DNA of 48,780 bases from IMG/VR virus record IMGVR_UViG_3300037760_000080, positions 1 through 48,780 of that record; one strand, given 5' to 3'. This document shows positions 19,165 to 29,330 of this stretch, piece after piece. Positions within the stretch are counted from its first letter, which is position 1. Each line of letters begins with the position of its first letter. The notes beneath the pieces were generated by a model, which saw only the letters and a program-made list of their open reading frames with translations, made no database searches and was not told where the DNA came from. The DNA comes from a virus (Duplodnaviria; Caudoviricetes). The translations under genes and the position numbers were made by a program.

Positions 19165-20852
19165 TGACCCTGCCGATCCCGTTGACGGTGCAGCTCTCGT
19201 CGGCCCGCACGATCCGCCACATCGAGCGCGACTTGCGCTCACTGTCCTTCCGCTCGGTCGCGCCGGGCGGGTTCGCTTCGGCGCAGTTCTCCCTGGACCG
19301 TCCGTTGGCACTGTCGCCGGACGAGATCGCCTATTACGCCGACGTGGACATCTTCGACGCCCGCAACGGCAACACGGTGTGGTGCGGCCGGCTGGAGGAC
19401 CCGGGCCGGGGTGTCGGCTCGGATGGGCAGGTGTGGGACCTGGCGGCGGTGGGCCCGTCGGCGCACGCGCAGGACCGCACCGTGCCGCTGATCTACGTGG
19501 ATCGGGATCTGACCCACTGGTATCCCAGCAACGTCTCCAATGAGATCAAGACCAGCACCGTCAGCGTCATCGAGTACGTCAACGATGTCACGCTCGATGC
19601 ATTCGAGATGAAAGTAAATTCGAGCGGAAGCGACGCTTCGGTGCAGGGCTTGGCGACCAACTCGGTGGTTCGCCGCCGGTACGGGATGCTGCAGGAGTTT
19701 GGGCAGTTGCTCGCTCGGTTCGACTTCAAGCACATCGAGGGTCGCTCGCTTTCGAGCCTTCGGGTGCAGGGATTCGTGGGTGCGCAGCAACTCGCGGCCC
19801 GTGACGACGCGTTCAGTACCAGTGAATCCGGCGCGTCACCGAAGGTGATGACGACGGATTTCCAGGCCACCAACAACGTGCTGGAGATTCTGCTGCGCTG
19901 GACCGGAGCCGCCGGCACGAAGATCGTCGACGACGTGACGTGGACCTCGGTTGGCGGTCTGTACGTCATGGCGCAACGGCTCACAAAGAGCGGCGCCACG
20001 GTTGGCGCGTCCGGCTACACCACGCACACCGTGCTGGCCCATCAGGTCGTGGAGGATCTGCTGGGGCGGCTACTCACCAAGTATGACGGGGCGAACGCCA
20101 CGGTCGCCACGAATACCTACGCCATTGACCATATGGCCTACCCAGACGGTGCCACTGCGGCGAAGATCCTGGACGATCTGATGCTGTTCGAGCCGGGCTA
20201 CTTCTGGCAGGCCACGGATCGCAATTCAGCCGGCAAGTACAAGTTCGAATGGAAAGCCTGGCCGACCACCGTCCGCTACGAGGCGTCGGTGGAGGACGGC
20301 TACCGCTCGACCGGCTCGGCTGACGGACTTTACAACGCGGTGACGATCCGCTGGAGGGATGCCCGAGGCCGGTTCCGCACCACCCGCCGCACCCAAACCG
20401 TGGCTGAGTTGGACTTCACCCGGGATGCATTCATTGATCTCGGCGACGAGGTGTCGTCCTCCACGAACGCCGTACAGGCCGGGGATCAACTGCTGGCCGA
20501 GCACCTGACCCCGCCGAACGCGGGCACCCTGACGATCGCCCGGCCCATCTACGACCACGACCGCGGCACCAGGGTCATGCCGTGGGAGATCCGGCCCGGT
20601 CACCTGATCCGGGTGCGCGGTATCACGCCGAACCCGAACTCGCTGAACGTCACCGGCCGGGACGGGGTAACGGTGTTCCAGATCGTCGGCGTGGACTACG
20701 ACACGTCGTCGGCGTCCGCGACGTTGGAGCTCGATTCGTACTCGCCGACGGTGGCGCGCGCGCTGGCGGCGATGTCCGGGCGGGGCGGGACGCGCAGCGC
20801 GACCCGCGGTGCGCCGGCCACGCTCGGCGCGTGGGGACAACGCAGGAGATGA
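19164..20852 (+). CDS. minor tail / baseplate hub protein
   Basis: Position; LSFRSVAPGGFASAQF, VWCGRLEDP, PWEIRPGHLIRV. Confidence 0.75.
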   Translation: MTLPIPLTVQLSSARTIRHIERDLRSLSFRSVAPGGFASAQFSLDRPLALSPDEIAYYADVDIFDARNGNTVWCGRLEDPGRGVGSDGQVWDLAAVGPSAHAQDRTVPLIYVDRDLTHWYPSNVSNEIKTSTVSVIEYVNDVTLDAFEMKVNSSGSDASVQGLATNSVVRRRYGMLQEFGQLLARFDFKHIEGRSLSSLRVQGFVGAQQLAARDDAFSTSESGASPKVMTTDFQATNNVLEILLRWTGAAGTKIVDDVTWTSVGGLYVMAQRLTKSGATVGASGYTTHTVLAHQVVEDLLGRLLTKYDGANATVATNTYAIDHMAYPDGATAAKILDDLMLFEPGYFWQATDRNSAGKYKFEWKAWPTTVRYEASVEDGYRSTGSADGLYNAVTIRWRDARGRFRTTRRTQTVAELDFTRDAFIDLGDEVSSSTNAVQAGDQLLAEHLTPPNAGTLTIARPIYDHDRGTRVMPWEIRPGHLIRVRGITPNPNSLNVTGRDGVTVFQIVGVDYDTSSASATLELDSYSPTVARALAAMSGRGGTRSATRGAPATLGAWGQRRR

Positions 20853-20862
20853 GGGGGAGTCC

Positions 20863-21807
20863 ATGACGTCGATCTCGCAGGAACGAACCAAGCTCGCCGC
20901 GGTGGGTATGCGGCTACGGCGCCGCGAAGAATGGGGCGCACGGTTCAATTACACCAACAGCCGGCCGGTAGACGAGCCTGCGACGCGGGTGTTCGTGCAC
21001 ATCTCGGTCACTAACCCGAGCAGCTACAGCAGCCGCGATGCCCATGCTCGCGCCATCGAGTCCATCGGGATCTCCCGTTTTCCGGCGACCGGGATCTCCT
21101 ACAATCGGCTGATCTTCGCCGGAACCGACACGGTGTACGAGGGCCAGCCGATCGGCCGGCGCGGCGCGCACACCGTCAACGACCTGAGGGTGTCCACCTG
21201 CCTGCGGTTCGGCAGTGCGTGCCCCGGCTACAAGACATCGCTAACTGCGCCGTCGTGGAACTTGAACATTAATTCCAGGGCCTATGTGATCGCGCAGAAC
21301 ATCCAGCATCCGGTGACCGAGCAGATGGTCAACGCGCTGGCCCGCGTGATCGCCGCCGACGCTAAGGCAGGGTTCGTCACCGAGTACGCCGCGCTGCACC
21401 CGCACGGTCATCGCTGCGTGAGCACCAAGTCCTGCCCCGGGAATCTGATGTGGGCGCGGATGGGGCTGCTCAAGACGAAGATCGCCGCCCAGCTGTCCGA
21501 TCTGTCCAGCGGCGGCTCGGGTGGTGGCGGTGTGCCGCTACCCGATCCGACCGTGCCTGAGATCGACCTCGACCTTCTCCGAAAGGCCACCGACATGATC
21601 CTTGTGAAAGAGAAGAACAGCGACCGTGTCTGGTTGCTGACCGGCACATCCCGCCGCTATGTGGCCGATCCCGCTGCATTCCAAGCGCTCAAGGTGATTG
21701 GTGTGCCGTACGACGAGGACGCCGAGATCAGCAAGGACATGTTGCAGTGGTTCCCGCAGGCTGACGGGACGCTGGCCGAGGTCCACTCGGTGTGGCCGAA
21801 GCCGTGA
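20863..21807 (+). CDS. endolysin, N-acetylmuramoyl-L-alanine amidase (PGRP/Amidase_2-like)
   Basis: RRREEWGAR, VFVHIS, ISYN, GAHT, HGHR..STKSCPG; Gly-rich linker and C-terminal domain. Confidence 0.85.
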   Translation: MTSISQERTKLAAVGMRLRRREEWGARFNYTNSRPVDEPATRVFVHISVTNPSSYSSRDAHARAIESIGISRFPATGISYNRLIFAGTDTVYEGQPIGRRGAHTVNDLRVSTCLRFGSACPGYKTSLTAPSWNLNINSRAYVIAQNIQHPVTEQMVNALARVIAADAKAGFVTEYAALHPHGHRCVSTKSCPGNLMWARMGLLKTKIAAQLSDLSSGGSGGGGVPLPDPTVPEIDLDLLRKATDMILVKEKNSDRVWLLTGTSRRYVADPAAFQALKVIGVPYDEDAEISKDMLQWFPQADGTLAEVHSVWPKP

Positions 21808-21810
21808 GCC

Positions 21811-22023
21811 ATGGCCGTCGTACGCCGTAGGGCGCTTCGCACCATCCGCGGCGCGGCGTCTGACCGCGGCGTGTGCACGGTGTGCGGGCGGGAGCGTCCG
21901 CTGGCGTTCGCCACCGGCTACATCAAGCGACACCGCGTCGGCGGGGAGTCGTGCCCGGGGGGTGCCCGGCCGCCTGCTGGGTCGGCGGCCGAGCAGACCG
22001 TACGCACCGACGAGCGACTCTGA
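21811..22023 (+). CDS. small Zn-binding protein
   Basis: CTVCGR...HR...CPG. Confidence 0.6.
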   Translation: MAVVRRRALRTIRGAASDRGVCTVCGRERPLAFATGYIKRHRVGGESCPGGARPPAGSAAEQTVRTDERL

Positions 22024-22041
22024 GCGGGGGGGAGCAAATGC

Positions 22042-22440
22042 GTGGAGATTCCAGAGTGGTCCACCCTCATCCCCGGCGCAGGATTCTTCGGGCTGCTGGT
22101 CTTTCTAGTCCTGCATTTGATGCGTCAGGCGTCCGGCGACCGCGGCGACTACCAAAACGTCTTGCGCGACCTTCGCAAACAGCACGCCGATGAGATGAAG
22201 GAAGAGCGCGAACAGCACGCCGACGATATCCGCGAGATCACGGCTCGCCACGACACGCAGATCCAGGACCTGCGTTCACAGATAGGTGTCCTGCGCGCTG
22301 AGGTCATCGACTTGCGTGAGGACGTCGAGCAGGAACGCAAGGCTAGGTGGGCCGCCGAAGACGCCGCCGCCCGCTATCGGCGCATGATCAACGGCGTCGG
22401 TGATGTCGTGGGAGAGGGCGGTGTCAATGATTCGACGTAA
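22042..22440 (+). CDS. membrane protein with coiled coil (lysis region)
   Basis: Single N-terminal TM and long coiled coil; GGGGAG RBS. Confidence 0.7.
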   Translation: MEIPEWSTLIPGAGFFGLLVFLVLHLMRQASGDRGDYQNVLRDLRKQHADEMKEEREQHADDIREITARHDTQIQDLRSQIGVLRAEVIDLREDVEQERKARWAAEDAAARYRRMINGVGDVVGEGGVNDST

Positions 22441-23164
22441 CCCGCTGCCCACCAGCCGCAGCCACCGGCTCACGATCATTCTGCTCGCTCTGCTGCTGTT
22501 GCTGGTCGGGTGGATTCTGTTCGACCGGTCCACCTCGCAACGCTCGGCTCAGCTGGCTACCGACAACGCCGCGTCGATCGCCGCTCAGGTCCGGGCCGCC
22601 TGCGAGCGTCGCGGCCTGACCGCGATAGAGCTCGGGGATCTGTGCCGTCAGGCCGAACAGATCGAGGAGCGGCCGGCCGAGACGATTCCGGGGCCGATGG
22701 GTGAGCGTGGTTTGTCATGCGTGGAGGAGCTCGGCTTGGAGGCTTGCCGCGGACCGCAAGGAGTGCCGGGCATCGGCATTCAGGGTCGCCAGGGTGATGA
22801 TGGGATTCCTGGACCTTCCTGCGGCGAGGAGTTCGGATTCGAGGCATGCCGCGGGCCGCGGGGTGAATCGGGCGAGTCCATCATCGGGCCGGCCGGGGCG
22901 GACTCCACCGTTCCGGGTCCACCAGGCCCGTCCTGTGTCGATGAGTTTGGCCTAGAGACCTGCCGTGGGCCTGCGGGCAGCGACGGCCAGGACGGCAATA
23001 ATGGCGTCGACGGCGCGGACGGTCGCGGCATCGTCTCGATTGAGTTCGTCAACGGTGGCGAGTGCCGAATGGTCGTCACCTATACGGATGGCACCGCGGA
23101 CAGCTTCGACCTCAACCCGAGCATGTGCAAGGTCAGCGATTCAGAGCAGCCCGAATCGCCGTGA
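22427..23164 (+). CDS. membrane-anchored collagen-like protein
   Basis: TM IILLALLLLLVGWILF; G-X-Y tracts; three G(L/P)SC-x-(D/E)E(L/F)G(L/F)E(A/T)CRGP repeats; GADGRGIVSI...VTYTDGT. Confidence 0.8.
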   Translation: MIRRNPLPTSRSHRLTIILLALLLLLVGWILFDRSTSQRSAQLATDNAASIAAQVRAACERRGLTAIELGDLCRQAEQIEERPAETIPGPMGERGLSCVEELGLEACRGPQGVPGIGIQGRQGDDGIPGPSCGEEFGFEACRGPRGESGESIIGPAGADSTVPGPPGPSCVDEFGLETCRGPAGSDGQDGNNGVDGADGRGIVSIEFVNGGECRMVVTYTDGTADSFDLNPSMCKVSDSEQPESP

Positions 23165-23486
23165 CCTGCTTCTCGATCTTTTCGAGCGCGGTATGCACGG
23201 CGGATAGCTCAGTGTCCGCCTTATCGACGTAGAGATCAGGTCGACGTGAAGGGTGGAGATCGGCCCAGCGGTCTCCATTGACGATGCGGCTGATGTTCTT
23301 CCACCGGGTGTTGAACCGCTTTGCGATCGAGCCCCAGGTCTCGCCGGCTCGGTGCGCCTTATGGATCGCGACGACGTCTACGGGAGTAAGTCGCGTCGAG
23401 CCTGGGTCACGTTCGCGTGAGTTCAGCAATGTGAGTTCATTCCCTCGGGCGATGTCATCGAGGGTTGGACCGAAGTAATTGGGCAT
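23133..23486 (-). CDS. HTH DNA-binding protein (moron)
   Basis: LTPVDVVAIH...GETWGSIAKRFNT...ISRIVNGDRW; TACTAT 6 bp upstream of ATG. Confidence 0.7.
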   Translation of the reverse strand: MPNYFGPTLDDIARGNELTLLNSRERDPGSTRLTPVDVVAIHKAHRAGETWGSIAKRFNTRWKNISRIVNGDRWADLHPSRRPDLYVDKADTELSAVHTALEKIEKQVTAIRAALNR

Positions 23487-23547
23487 GGGTCCATAGTACC
23501 CCAACCGTTGGTCTCATCCGGTCCCTAAGGGCCGATAAGGAGCCGTG

Positions 23548-23685
23548 ATGTTCGCTGTAATCGCCGCTGTGCTCATCTTCCTGGCCGCCGTCGGTGTCAA
23601 CGCCGACGCCGTCGACCTGTTCCTGCTGGGGCTCGCGTTCCTGGCACTGCACTTTGCCTGGGACTTCAGTCCCTGGCACCGATGA
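23548..23685 (+). CDS. 45-aa two-TM membrane protein (not in ORF track)
   Basis: AAGGAG RBS; MFAVIAAVLIFLAAVGVNADAVDLFLLGLAFLALHFAWDFSPWHR. Confidence 0.7.
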   Translation: MFAVIAAVLIFLAAVGVNADAVDLFLLGLAFLALHFAWDFSPWHR

Positions 23686-23698
23686 AGGGGGATTCACC

Positions 23699-23935
23699 AT
23701 GCTCACTGCCGCTTTCTGGAAGGCCGCCGCCGAACGGGCGGTCAAGACCTTCGCCCAGGCGTTCGCCGCGTTCCTTGTCGCCGACGCGACCGGCATCCTC
23801 GAGGTCGACTGGATCAAGGGCGCCTCGATCGCCGGGCTGGCCACGCTGCTGTCCGTGCTCACCTCGATCGGCTCTGACGCGATCACGTCCACGCCGGGTC
23901 CTTCCCTGACGTCGGCCGAGACCACGAAGGGCTGA
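23699..23935 (+). CDS. holin (r1t family)
   Basis: MLTAAFWKAAAERAVKTFAQA...VDW...LATLLSVLTSI...GPSL. Confidence 0.9.
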   Translation: MLTAAFWKAAAERAVKTFAQAFAAFLVADATGILEVDWIKGASIAGLATLLSVLTSIGSDAITSTPGPSLTSAETTKG

Positions 23936-23938
23936 ACC

Positions 23939-24166
23939 GTGGACGGTTCGGGCGAATCGCAGGCGATCGTCCTCACCGCCACCGCGGCGAACGTCGACGA
24001 AGTTCGCGAGCAGCTGGCCAACCTTCCACCTCTGCCGCCGGGCTATGTGTATGGGTTGAAAATGACCGCCTCCGGTGAGGTTGTCCGCTCGCCACATGCC
24101 GAAGAGTGCTTGGAGATCCATCCCGGGGAATCTTGCCCCGGCTATCCACATGAGGAGAGCACGTGA
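23939..24166 (+). CDS. hypothetical protein
   Basis: ORF fills the gap and is coupled to the next gene. Confidence 0.5.
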   Translation: MDGSGESQAIVLTATAANVDEVREQLANLPPLPPGYVYGLKMTASGEVVRSPHAEECLEIHPGESCPGYPHEEST

Positions 24167-24657
24167 AGCGCATCATCATCGGGCTGGTACTACTGCTGAT
24201 TCTCGGCGGTGCCGGGCTTGCCATCGCCTCTATTCCATCATCGAGTGGTGTGATCAATGGCTGCTACAGGACGAGTGGCGGCAACCAAGGCGATCTGATC
24301 GTCATCGATTCCGCTGCATCGTGCCCGAACGGTTACACGGCGCTTGATTGGAATCAAACCGGATCGCCTGGCATATCCGGATACGAGCGGGTCGAGAACT
24401 ACTTTCCTTTAACACCTGGCGTTACGTATGTGACAGTAGGCGTCACGGTCCAATGCCCAAGCGGTAAGCAGCCATTGGGCGGCGGTGGTATGGCACCAGA
24501 AGAATCGTCCGGTGTGGGCTGGGCCATTGAGCGGACACGACCAGTGAATGGTCCACCAGATGGTTGGGAAATTCAGGCGAGACGAACTCAATCGGGACCA
24601 ACACCAGAGGGCACGTCACCGGTTCGAGTTTACGCCATTTGCGCAGTAATGAATTGA
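24163..24657 (+). CDS. secreted Cys-containing protein
   Basis: Signal peptide; ASIPSSSGVINGCY, CPSGKQPLGGG, VYAICA. Confidence 0.75.
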   Translation: MKRIIIGLVLLLILGGAGLAIASIPSSSGVINGCYRTSGGNQGDLIVIDSAASCPNGYTALDWNQTGSPGISGYERVENYFPLTPGVTYVTVGVTVQCPSGKQPLGGGGMAPEESSGVGWAIERTRPVNGPPDGWEIQARRTQSGPTPEGTSPVRVYAICAVMN

Positions 24658-24671
24658 AGGGATGAAGAAAG

Positions 24672-25061
24672 ATGACTGTTGGTCTCCATGCGGTGAATCT
24701 CGCCGACAAATGGCTGAATATGCTTGGCGGTACAGCGTTCACCGCTCCAGCGAGCTTCAACATCAAGCTGCACACCGCTGACCCGGGTGCTGCTGGCACT
24801 ACTGCCGCATCGGCGAACACGACTCGCGTGGCCGCGACATTCGCCGCCGCGTCGGCTGGTTCCAAGGCGATGAACAACACGCCCTCATGGGCATCGTGGG
24901 CGGCCGGTCCGGAAACCCTGTCCCACATCTCGGCGTGGGATGACATCAGCGCCGGCAACTTCCTGCTGTCGGCGGCGCTCACCGCATCGAAGTCGGTGAC
25001 CAATGGCGACACGTTCAACCTCACCAGCCTAACGATCGCCCTGACGCCATTGGCGGCATGA
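24672..25061 (+). CDS. fibre-module structural protein
   Basis: IKLHTADPGAAG...SHISAWDDISAGNFL...SKSVTNGDTF pattern of small phage fibre-associated proteins. Confidence 0.75.
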   Translation: MTVGLHAVNLADKWLNMLGGTAFTAPASFNIKLHTADPGAAGTTAASANTTRVAATFAAASAGSKAMNNTPSWASWAAGPETLSHISAWDDISAGNFLLSAALTASKSVTNGDTFNLTSLTIALTPLAA

Positions 25062-25246
25062 ACCTTACCCGCCGTCAGTTCGCGGCCGGCGCGTTGGCGC
25101 TGGTCCTGCCGGTGCATCACCGGCCGAATCATCGCGGCAAGAAACCGCCTCCGCCATCGACGCTGATTCCATCTGGGCCGGTGTATTTCAGTGGCGTCCC
25201 CGGTTACGTCCAGCCGGGCGCGTTCTGGCCTGGAGGTGGGGCGTGA
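25058..25246 (+). CDS. small protein with twin-arginine-like signal
   Basis: MNLTRRQFAAGALAL; overlaps with both neighbours. Confidence 0.55.
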   Translation: MNLTRRQFAAGALALVLPVHHRPNHRGKKPPPPSTLIPSGPVYFSGVPGYVQPGAFWPGGGA

Positions 25247-25590
25247 TCGAGCGACCAGGATTCCCGATCAAGCTTCCTGAAACTCGCAGCGAATACCGGC
25301 ATTGGCATTCCTGGATCGGCGAGGTCTCGCGGCGGCCATTCGCGACATCCGGCGTGGCGCTGGAGCTGCTCGATACCGAGGCCGGGGAGCCAACCTGCGG
25401 TGATGCAGTCCACACCACGAGCTTGTGGACTGAGATCAACGAGATCCCGGTGCAACACGCGGTCATCTCCAAGATTGCTTATACGCAGACGGGGAAGCGG
25501 ATGGCGTTCGTGTATCCGCGGGGACCGTCGCTACTGCCTGTGGCTGGACTGTGGCTGCCCACTGACGACCTGGAGGCAGACGATGCCTGA
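25243..25590 (+). CDS. hypothetical protein
   Basis: GGAGG RBS; coupled ORF. Confidence 0.6.
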   Translation: MIERPGFPIKLPETRSEYRHWHSWIGEVSRRPFATSGVALELLDTEAGEPTCGDAVHTTSLWTEINEIPVQHAVISKIAYTQTGKRMAFVYPRGPSLLPVAGLWLPTDDLEADDA

Positions 25591-27061
25591 ACAGTTATTC
25601 GGAAATGTGTCGTCCACGACGCTGGCGGCCGGCATCACGGCTGTTCAGTCAGTGATCACGGTCACGTCGTCGGCGAACTTTCCGGCCTCGGATCCGCTGT
25701 TGGAACAGGAGTTCCGGGCCGCGTTCGTCGACGACGCCACGCCGCCGAACATCCTGGAATTCATTGCGGTCACCGACGTACAGGGCACCAGTTGGACCGT
25801 CACTCGGCAAGTCGAAGACGCATCACGGTTTCCTGCAGCGGTTCGCAGCGTCGGTACGCGCATTAAAATGGTCGTCACCAAAGGCGTACTGGAATCATTC
25901 GAGCGGCGCATCCGTGCGGTCGGGCACAATGTGCTCGACCATGGTGCCGTCGGCAACTCCAGCCACAACACGGAGGGAGTCGGCGCCGATGACACCGCGG
26001 CAATCCAAGAAACCTATGACGCTGCGGGCAGTGCCAGCGGCTTCCGATTCGTCGTATTCCCTGGCCATCGAACCTACCGGGTCACAAGTTCCATCGAACC
26101 CGTCTCTGGCGTTTATACGATCGGATATGGTGCTCAGAATGCCGCTGGTACTGGATCGGTGCCGACCATCGTGTGGGATGGTGTCGAAGACGGTACCGTC
26201 TTCGACGTCGCCTCGCCCAGCCAAAACATGACGAGCAATCTGTATGAGAATGTCCAGATCATGGGCAAGGCCGCCCCAGCGGGCGCCGGGGATTATGTGG
26301 GTGCGGCAGATGCCTTGATCAAGTTCCGACCCACGGGCGGCAATGCCGCCAAGCTCGACACCGGTACTGCGCTACGCAACGTCTGGCTGAACTACAGCAA
26401 AGGCGATGCGTTGCAGATCCTCGGCCACGGGGCCACGAACTTCTGGATCCAAGGCGGCCGATGGGATCAATGCGGCGGGTACGGCATCTACATGAGAATC
26501 GTATCGTCCAGCATTCTCGGCATCGCCGAAGTGACATGGGACAGTGGTCAGATTGGTTCTAGGGGATTCCTGCATCTCGACGCGCAAGATCCCGGCACCA
26601 ACAACGCCTTCGTGCAATGCCACATCGACACAGTTCACACAGAAGCGAGCAATCCGCTCGAGGAGATCGAGCCAACTGGCACCGACCCTGCCGACCGTCG
26701 GGGGCTCATCGTCTGTACCATCACCCCCGCATCAGGCAGGGTGCAGCACTTCCTCACGTTAGACAACATGATGCTGTTGGGTGCCAGCGGCGATAAACCT
26801 TCGCACTCGCTTGTATTGATGAAGGGTGGCACGCCTACACAAAACAAGGCCCGACTCAGCCTGAACGGCCGCAACATCCGCGGATTCAGCGGCGACGGTA
26901 CCGGCGCCATTGGAGAACGAATCCCGATCGGCGGTATTCCCTCGGCTGACAAGTCGCCATACACTTCGGGACATTACTCGGAGATTCGCTACTGGCCTGG
27001 TGGAACTGATTTGTTCAGCACTGAGACACCACGAGCTTATACACGAGTGGCGGCGCCCTGA
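25583..27061 (+). CDS. tailspike / beta-helix (pectate-lyase-3-like) receptor-binding protein
   Basis: N-terminal TTLAAGITA...WTVTR anchor; NVLDHGAVG...DDTAAIQ...VVFPGHRTYRV. Confidence 0.8.
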   Translation: MPEQLFGNVSSTTLAAGITAVQSVITVTSSANFPASDPLLEQEFRAAFVDDATPPNILEFIAVTDVQGTSWTVTRQVEDASRFPAAVRSVGTRIKMVVTKGVLESFERRIRAVGHNVLDHGAVGNSSHNTEGVGADDTAAIQETYDAAGSASGFRFVVFPGHRTYRVTSSIEPVSGVYTIGYGAQNAAGTGSVPTIVWDGVEDGTVFDVASPSQNMTSNLYENVQIMGKAAPAGAGDYVGAADALIKFRPTGGNAAKLDTGTALRNVWLNYSKGDALQILGHGATNFWIQGGRWDQCGGYGIYMRIVSSSILGIAEVTWDSGQIGSRGFLHLDAQDPGTNNAFVQCHIDTVHTEASNPLEEIEPTGTDPADRRGLIVCTITPASGRVQHFLTLDNMMLLGASGDKPSHSLVLMKGGTPTQNKARLSLNGRNIRGFSGDGTGAIGERIPIGGIPSADKSPYTSGHYSEIRYWPGGTDLFSTETPRAYTRVAAP

Positions 27062-27693
27062 TGGCTAACTATCCAGGCTCGCAACCGTCGGCCACCCCGG
27101 CCACGCACGGCGAAGTCGTCAACGAGATCGTTGCGATCGCCATGGCACCGCCGGCGCATCCGCCGTTCATCACCGGGCGCAGAGTATGGCAGCCGAACGC
27201 GAACGTCGCTACGACCCAGTTCGGTGAGGCGATCATCTATGTATCGTGGTGGGCGTTGCCGATGGGCACCGCCATCTCGGAAGTCCGGTTCGACGTGGTC
27301 ACCGCCGGGTCGACCGGGGCTGTCGCTCGCGTCGTGTTCTACGATCACGGCCTGAGCACGGGCGACCCGTCGTCGCTGCTGTGGGAGAGCCCGACACCGA
27401 TCTCGACAGAGACAACCGGGGAGAAGGCGCACACCGGGATCACGGGACTCTCGGTAATCGGTGCGGACGGCATCTGGGCCGGCCTGATCCCGCAGGGTGC
27501 GCCAGCCACGCGGGCGTTCCTCCGTGGGATTACGGCCACCATGCCCGGCCCGCAACTGACATTGTCGGGGTTCACCACGACCTGTCCGGGGCTGGCGTCG
27601 ACTGCGGCGACATTCACCGGCGCGGCACCGGCGACATACCCGGCGTATGCGGTTTCCGGTGCGGTCCCGAGGCTCCACGTGACCATCGGCTGA
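27061..27693 (+). CDS. putative fibre-module protein
   Basis: Beta-rich ORF coupled to the tailspike gene. Confidence 0.6.
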   Translation: MANYPGSQPSATPATHGEVVNEIVAIAMAPPAHPPFITGRRVWQPNANVATTQFGEAIIYVSWWALPMGTAISEVRFDVVTAGSTGAVARVVFYDHGLSTGDPSSLLWESPTPISTETTGEKAHTGITGLSVIGADGIWAGLIPQGAPATRAFLRGITATMPGPQLTLSGFTTTCPGLASTAATFTGAAPATYPAYAVSGAVPRLHVTIG

Positions 27694-27705
27694 GCGGAGG
27701 AGATC

Positions 27706-28998
27706 GTGCCTGAGCCGGCTGATCTCACGTTCGTCGGGTCGTCTTCCTGGGTCGTGCCCGGCGGGCCGCAGGACGCCTCGCCGAGCTATCCGAGCGGCAT
27801 CCTTGAGGGCGACGTCGTTTATGCCGTCGTGGCGATCAAACCTGACACGGCGACCGTGGATACACCGGTCGACTGGTCGTCGGTTGGCTCCGCCACCGGC
27901 GGCGGTGGATCGCAGGGTGGCGGCACCGGTCCCATCGGTATCCATGTGTTCAAGCGAACTGTCCCCGCTGGCGGATTGTCCGGGTCACAGACATTCTCGA
28001 CCACAGGCGCGTCATCGCGGGCCGGATGCATGCAAGCCTGGCGCGCAACTGGCGCCGGCATCACCTGGGATACCGAGACGCTCACCTCGTACTCCAGGCC
28101 CACTGCGTCGAGCTCGTTCGGCGGCACTGGCAGTGCGAACATCGGCCTCGACGCCAAAGACGCCGTGGTGATAGTGATCGGCTCTGCCGACGATCAGTCC
28201 AATGACATCAACGTCACCTCGTTGACCATTCCCGGCGGTACCCACGGCGGCACCGTTCAGGCACCATCGGGGACCGGCGCCAACAACCAGGGCAACGACA
28301 TCGCTGCCGCCTCCGAGTACGCCATCGTGGCATCGGGCCCATCGACGGGGGCGCCATCGGTCACCGCGACGGGCAACTCGTCCGAGACCGGGATGGGCCT
28401 GTTCTTCCGGGTCTCCGCACAGCGCGAGCCGGCAATTGTTCACGAAGGACAGGCCTCATTGACGGCCACCGCTGCGGTCACGGTGGCCGGCGCGATCATC
28501 ACCATCCATGAGGATCAGGCTGCGGTCGCTGCAACAGCGTCGATAGCTGCCGATGCCGTCGTGACGGCACCACCCGAACCATCACCCATCTCCGCCGAAC
28601 CGGGCTATGCCGAGCCGGGCGCCATGCAAGTCGGCACTGTATGGACCACCACGGAGATGGGCGGCTCGCCAACCGCGGAAGGCGATGCCGCCCTTGATGT
28701 AGAAGTCGATGCGACTGCAGTCGGTGCCGTGACCAGGTTGGCTCAAGCCGGCCTCGATCTGACAGCCGGCATGGCGTCATCCGGGCAGATGTGGGGTGCG
28801 GTTCAAGGACTGTCCGCCACGCCGATCAGCATGGATCGGATCGACCTGGAGTGGGATCCGATGGAGGGGGCCACCGGCTACGACATCGAACGTGACAGCG
28901 TCGTGATCGCCGAAGATGTGCCAGGCGTCTCCTACATCGATGAGGACGGCCTGATCGCGTCGACCGAATACGACTATCGAGTCGCGGCGGTTCGTTGA
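27706..28998 (+). CDS. Ser/Gly/Thr-rich fibre protein with C-terminal truncated FN3 domain
   Basis: PSGILEGDVV N-domain; GLSATPISMDRIDLEWDP..GATGYDIERD...GLIASTEYDYRVAAVR*. Confidence 0.75.
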   Translation: MPEPADLTFVGSSSWVVPGGPQDASPSYPSGILEGDVVYAVVAIKPDTATVDTPVDWSSVGSATGGGGSQGGGTGPIGIHVFKRTVPAGGLSGSQTFSTTGASSRAGCMQAWRATGAGITWDTETLTSYSRPTASSSFGGTGSANIGLDAKDAVVIVIGSADDQSNDINVTSLTIPGGTHGGTVQAPSGTGANNQGNDIAAASEYAIVASGPSTGAPSVTATGNSSETGMGLFFRVSAQREPAIVHEGQASLTATAAVTVAGAIITIHEDQAAVAATASIAADAVVTAPPEPSPISAEPGYAEPGAMQVGTVWTTTEMGGSPTAEGDAALDVEVDATAVGAVTRLAQAGLDLTAGMASSGQMWGAVQGLSATPISMDRIDLEWDPMEGATGYDIERDSVVIAEDVPGVSYIDEDGLIASTEYDYRVAAVR

Positions 28999-29330
28999 TG
29001 CGATGGAAGGTGTACTACGGCGACGGGTCAACGTTCTCCGATGAGGACGGGCCGCCATCGCAGGCCCCGGCACTTAACGTGCAAATCATCATCGTTCGCG
29101 ACGACGACCCGAACAGCCAACTCGGCCGGTATCCGGTGCATCGGTTCGACTACTACTGGTGGGACGATCCGGAGTGGTTCGGTGGCGATCTGTTTGGGCT
29201 GTTCGACTACTTGTCTCGACCTGGCGACAAGCGGGTTCTATTCGGTCGGACCATCAGCAACGCCGACCATCAGGCCATCGTGGACGCCGCCCTCGCCGAC
29301 ACCGACCTGATCCGGAGGTCGAGCCGGTGA
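28998..29330 (+). CDS. hypothetical protein
   Basis: MRWKVYYGDGSTFS...DLFGLFDYL...VLFGRTI; coupled ORF. Confidence 0.65.
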   Translation: MRWKVYYGDGSTFSDEDGPPSQAPALNVQIIIVRDDDPNSQLGRYPVHRFDYYWWDDPEWFGGDLFGLFDYLSRPGDKRVLFGRTISNADHQAIVDAALADTDLIRRSSR

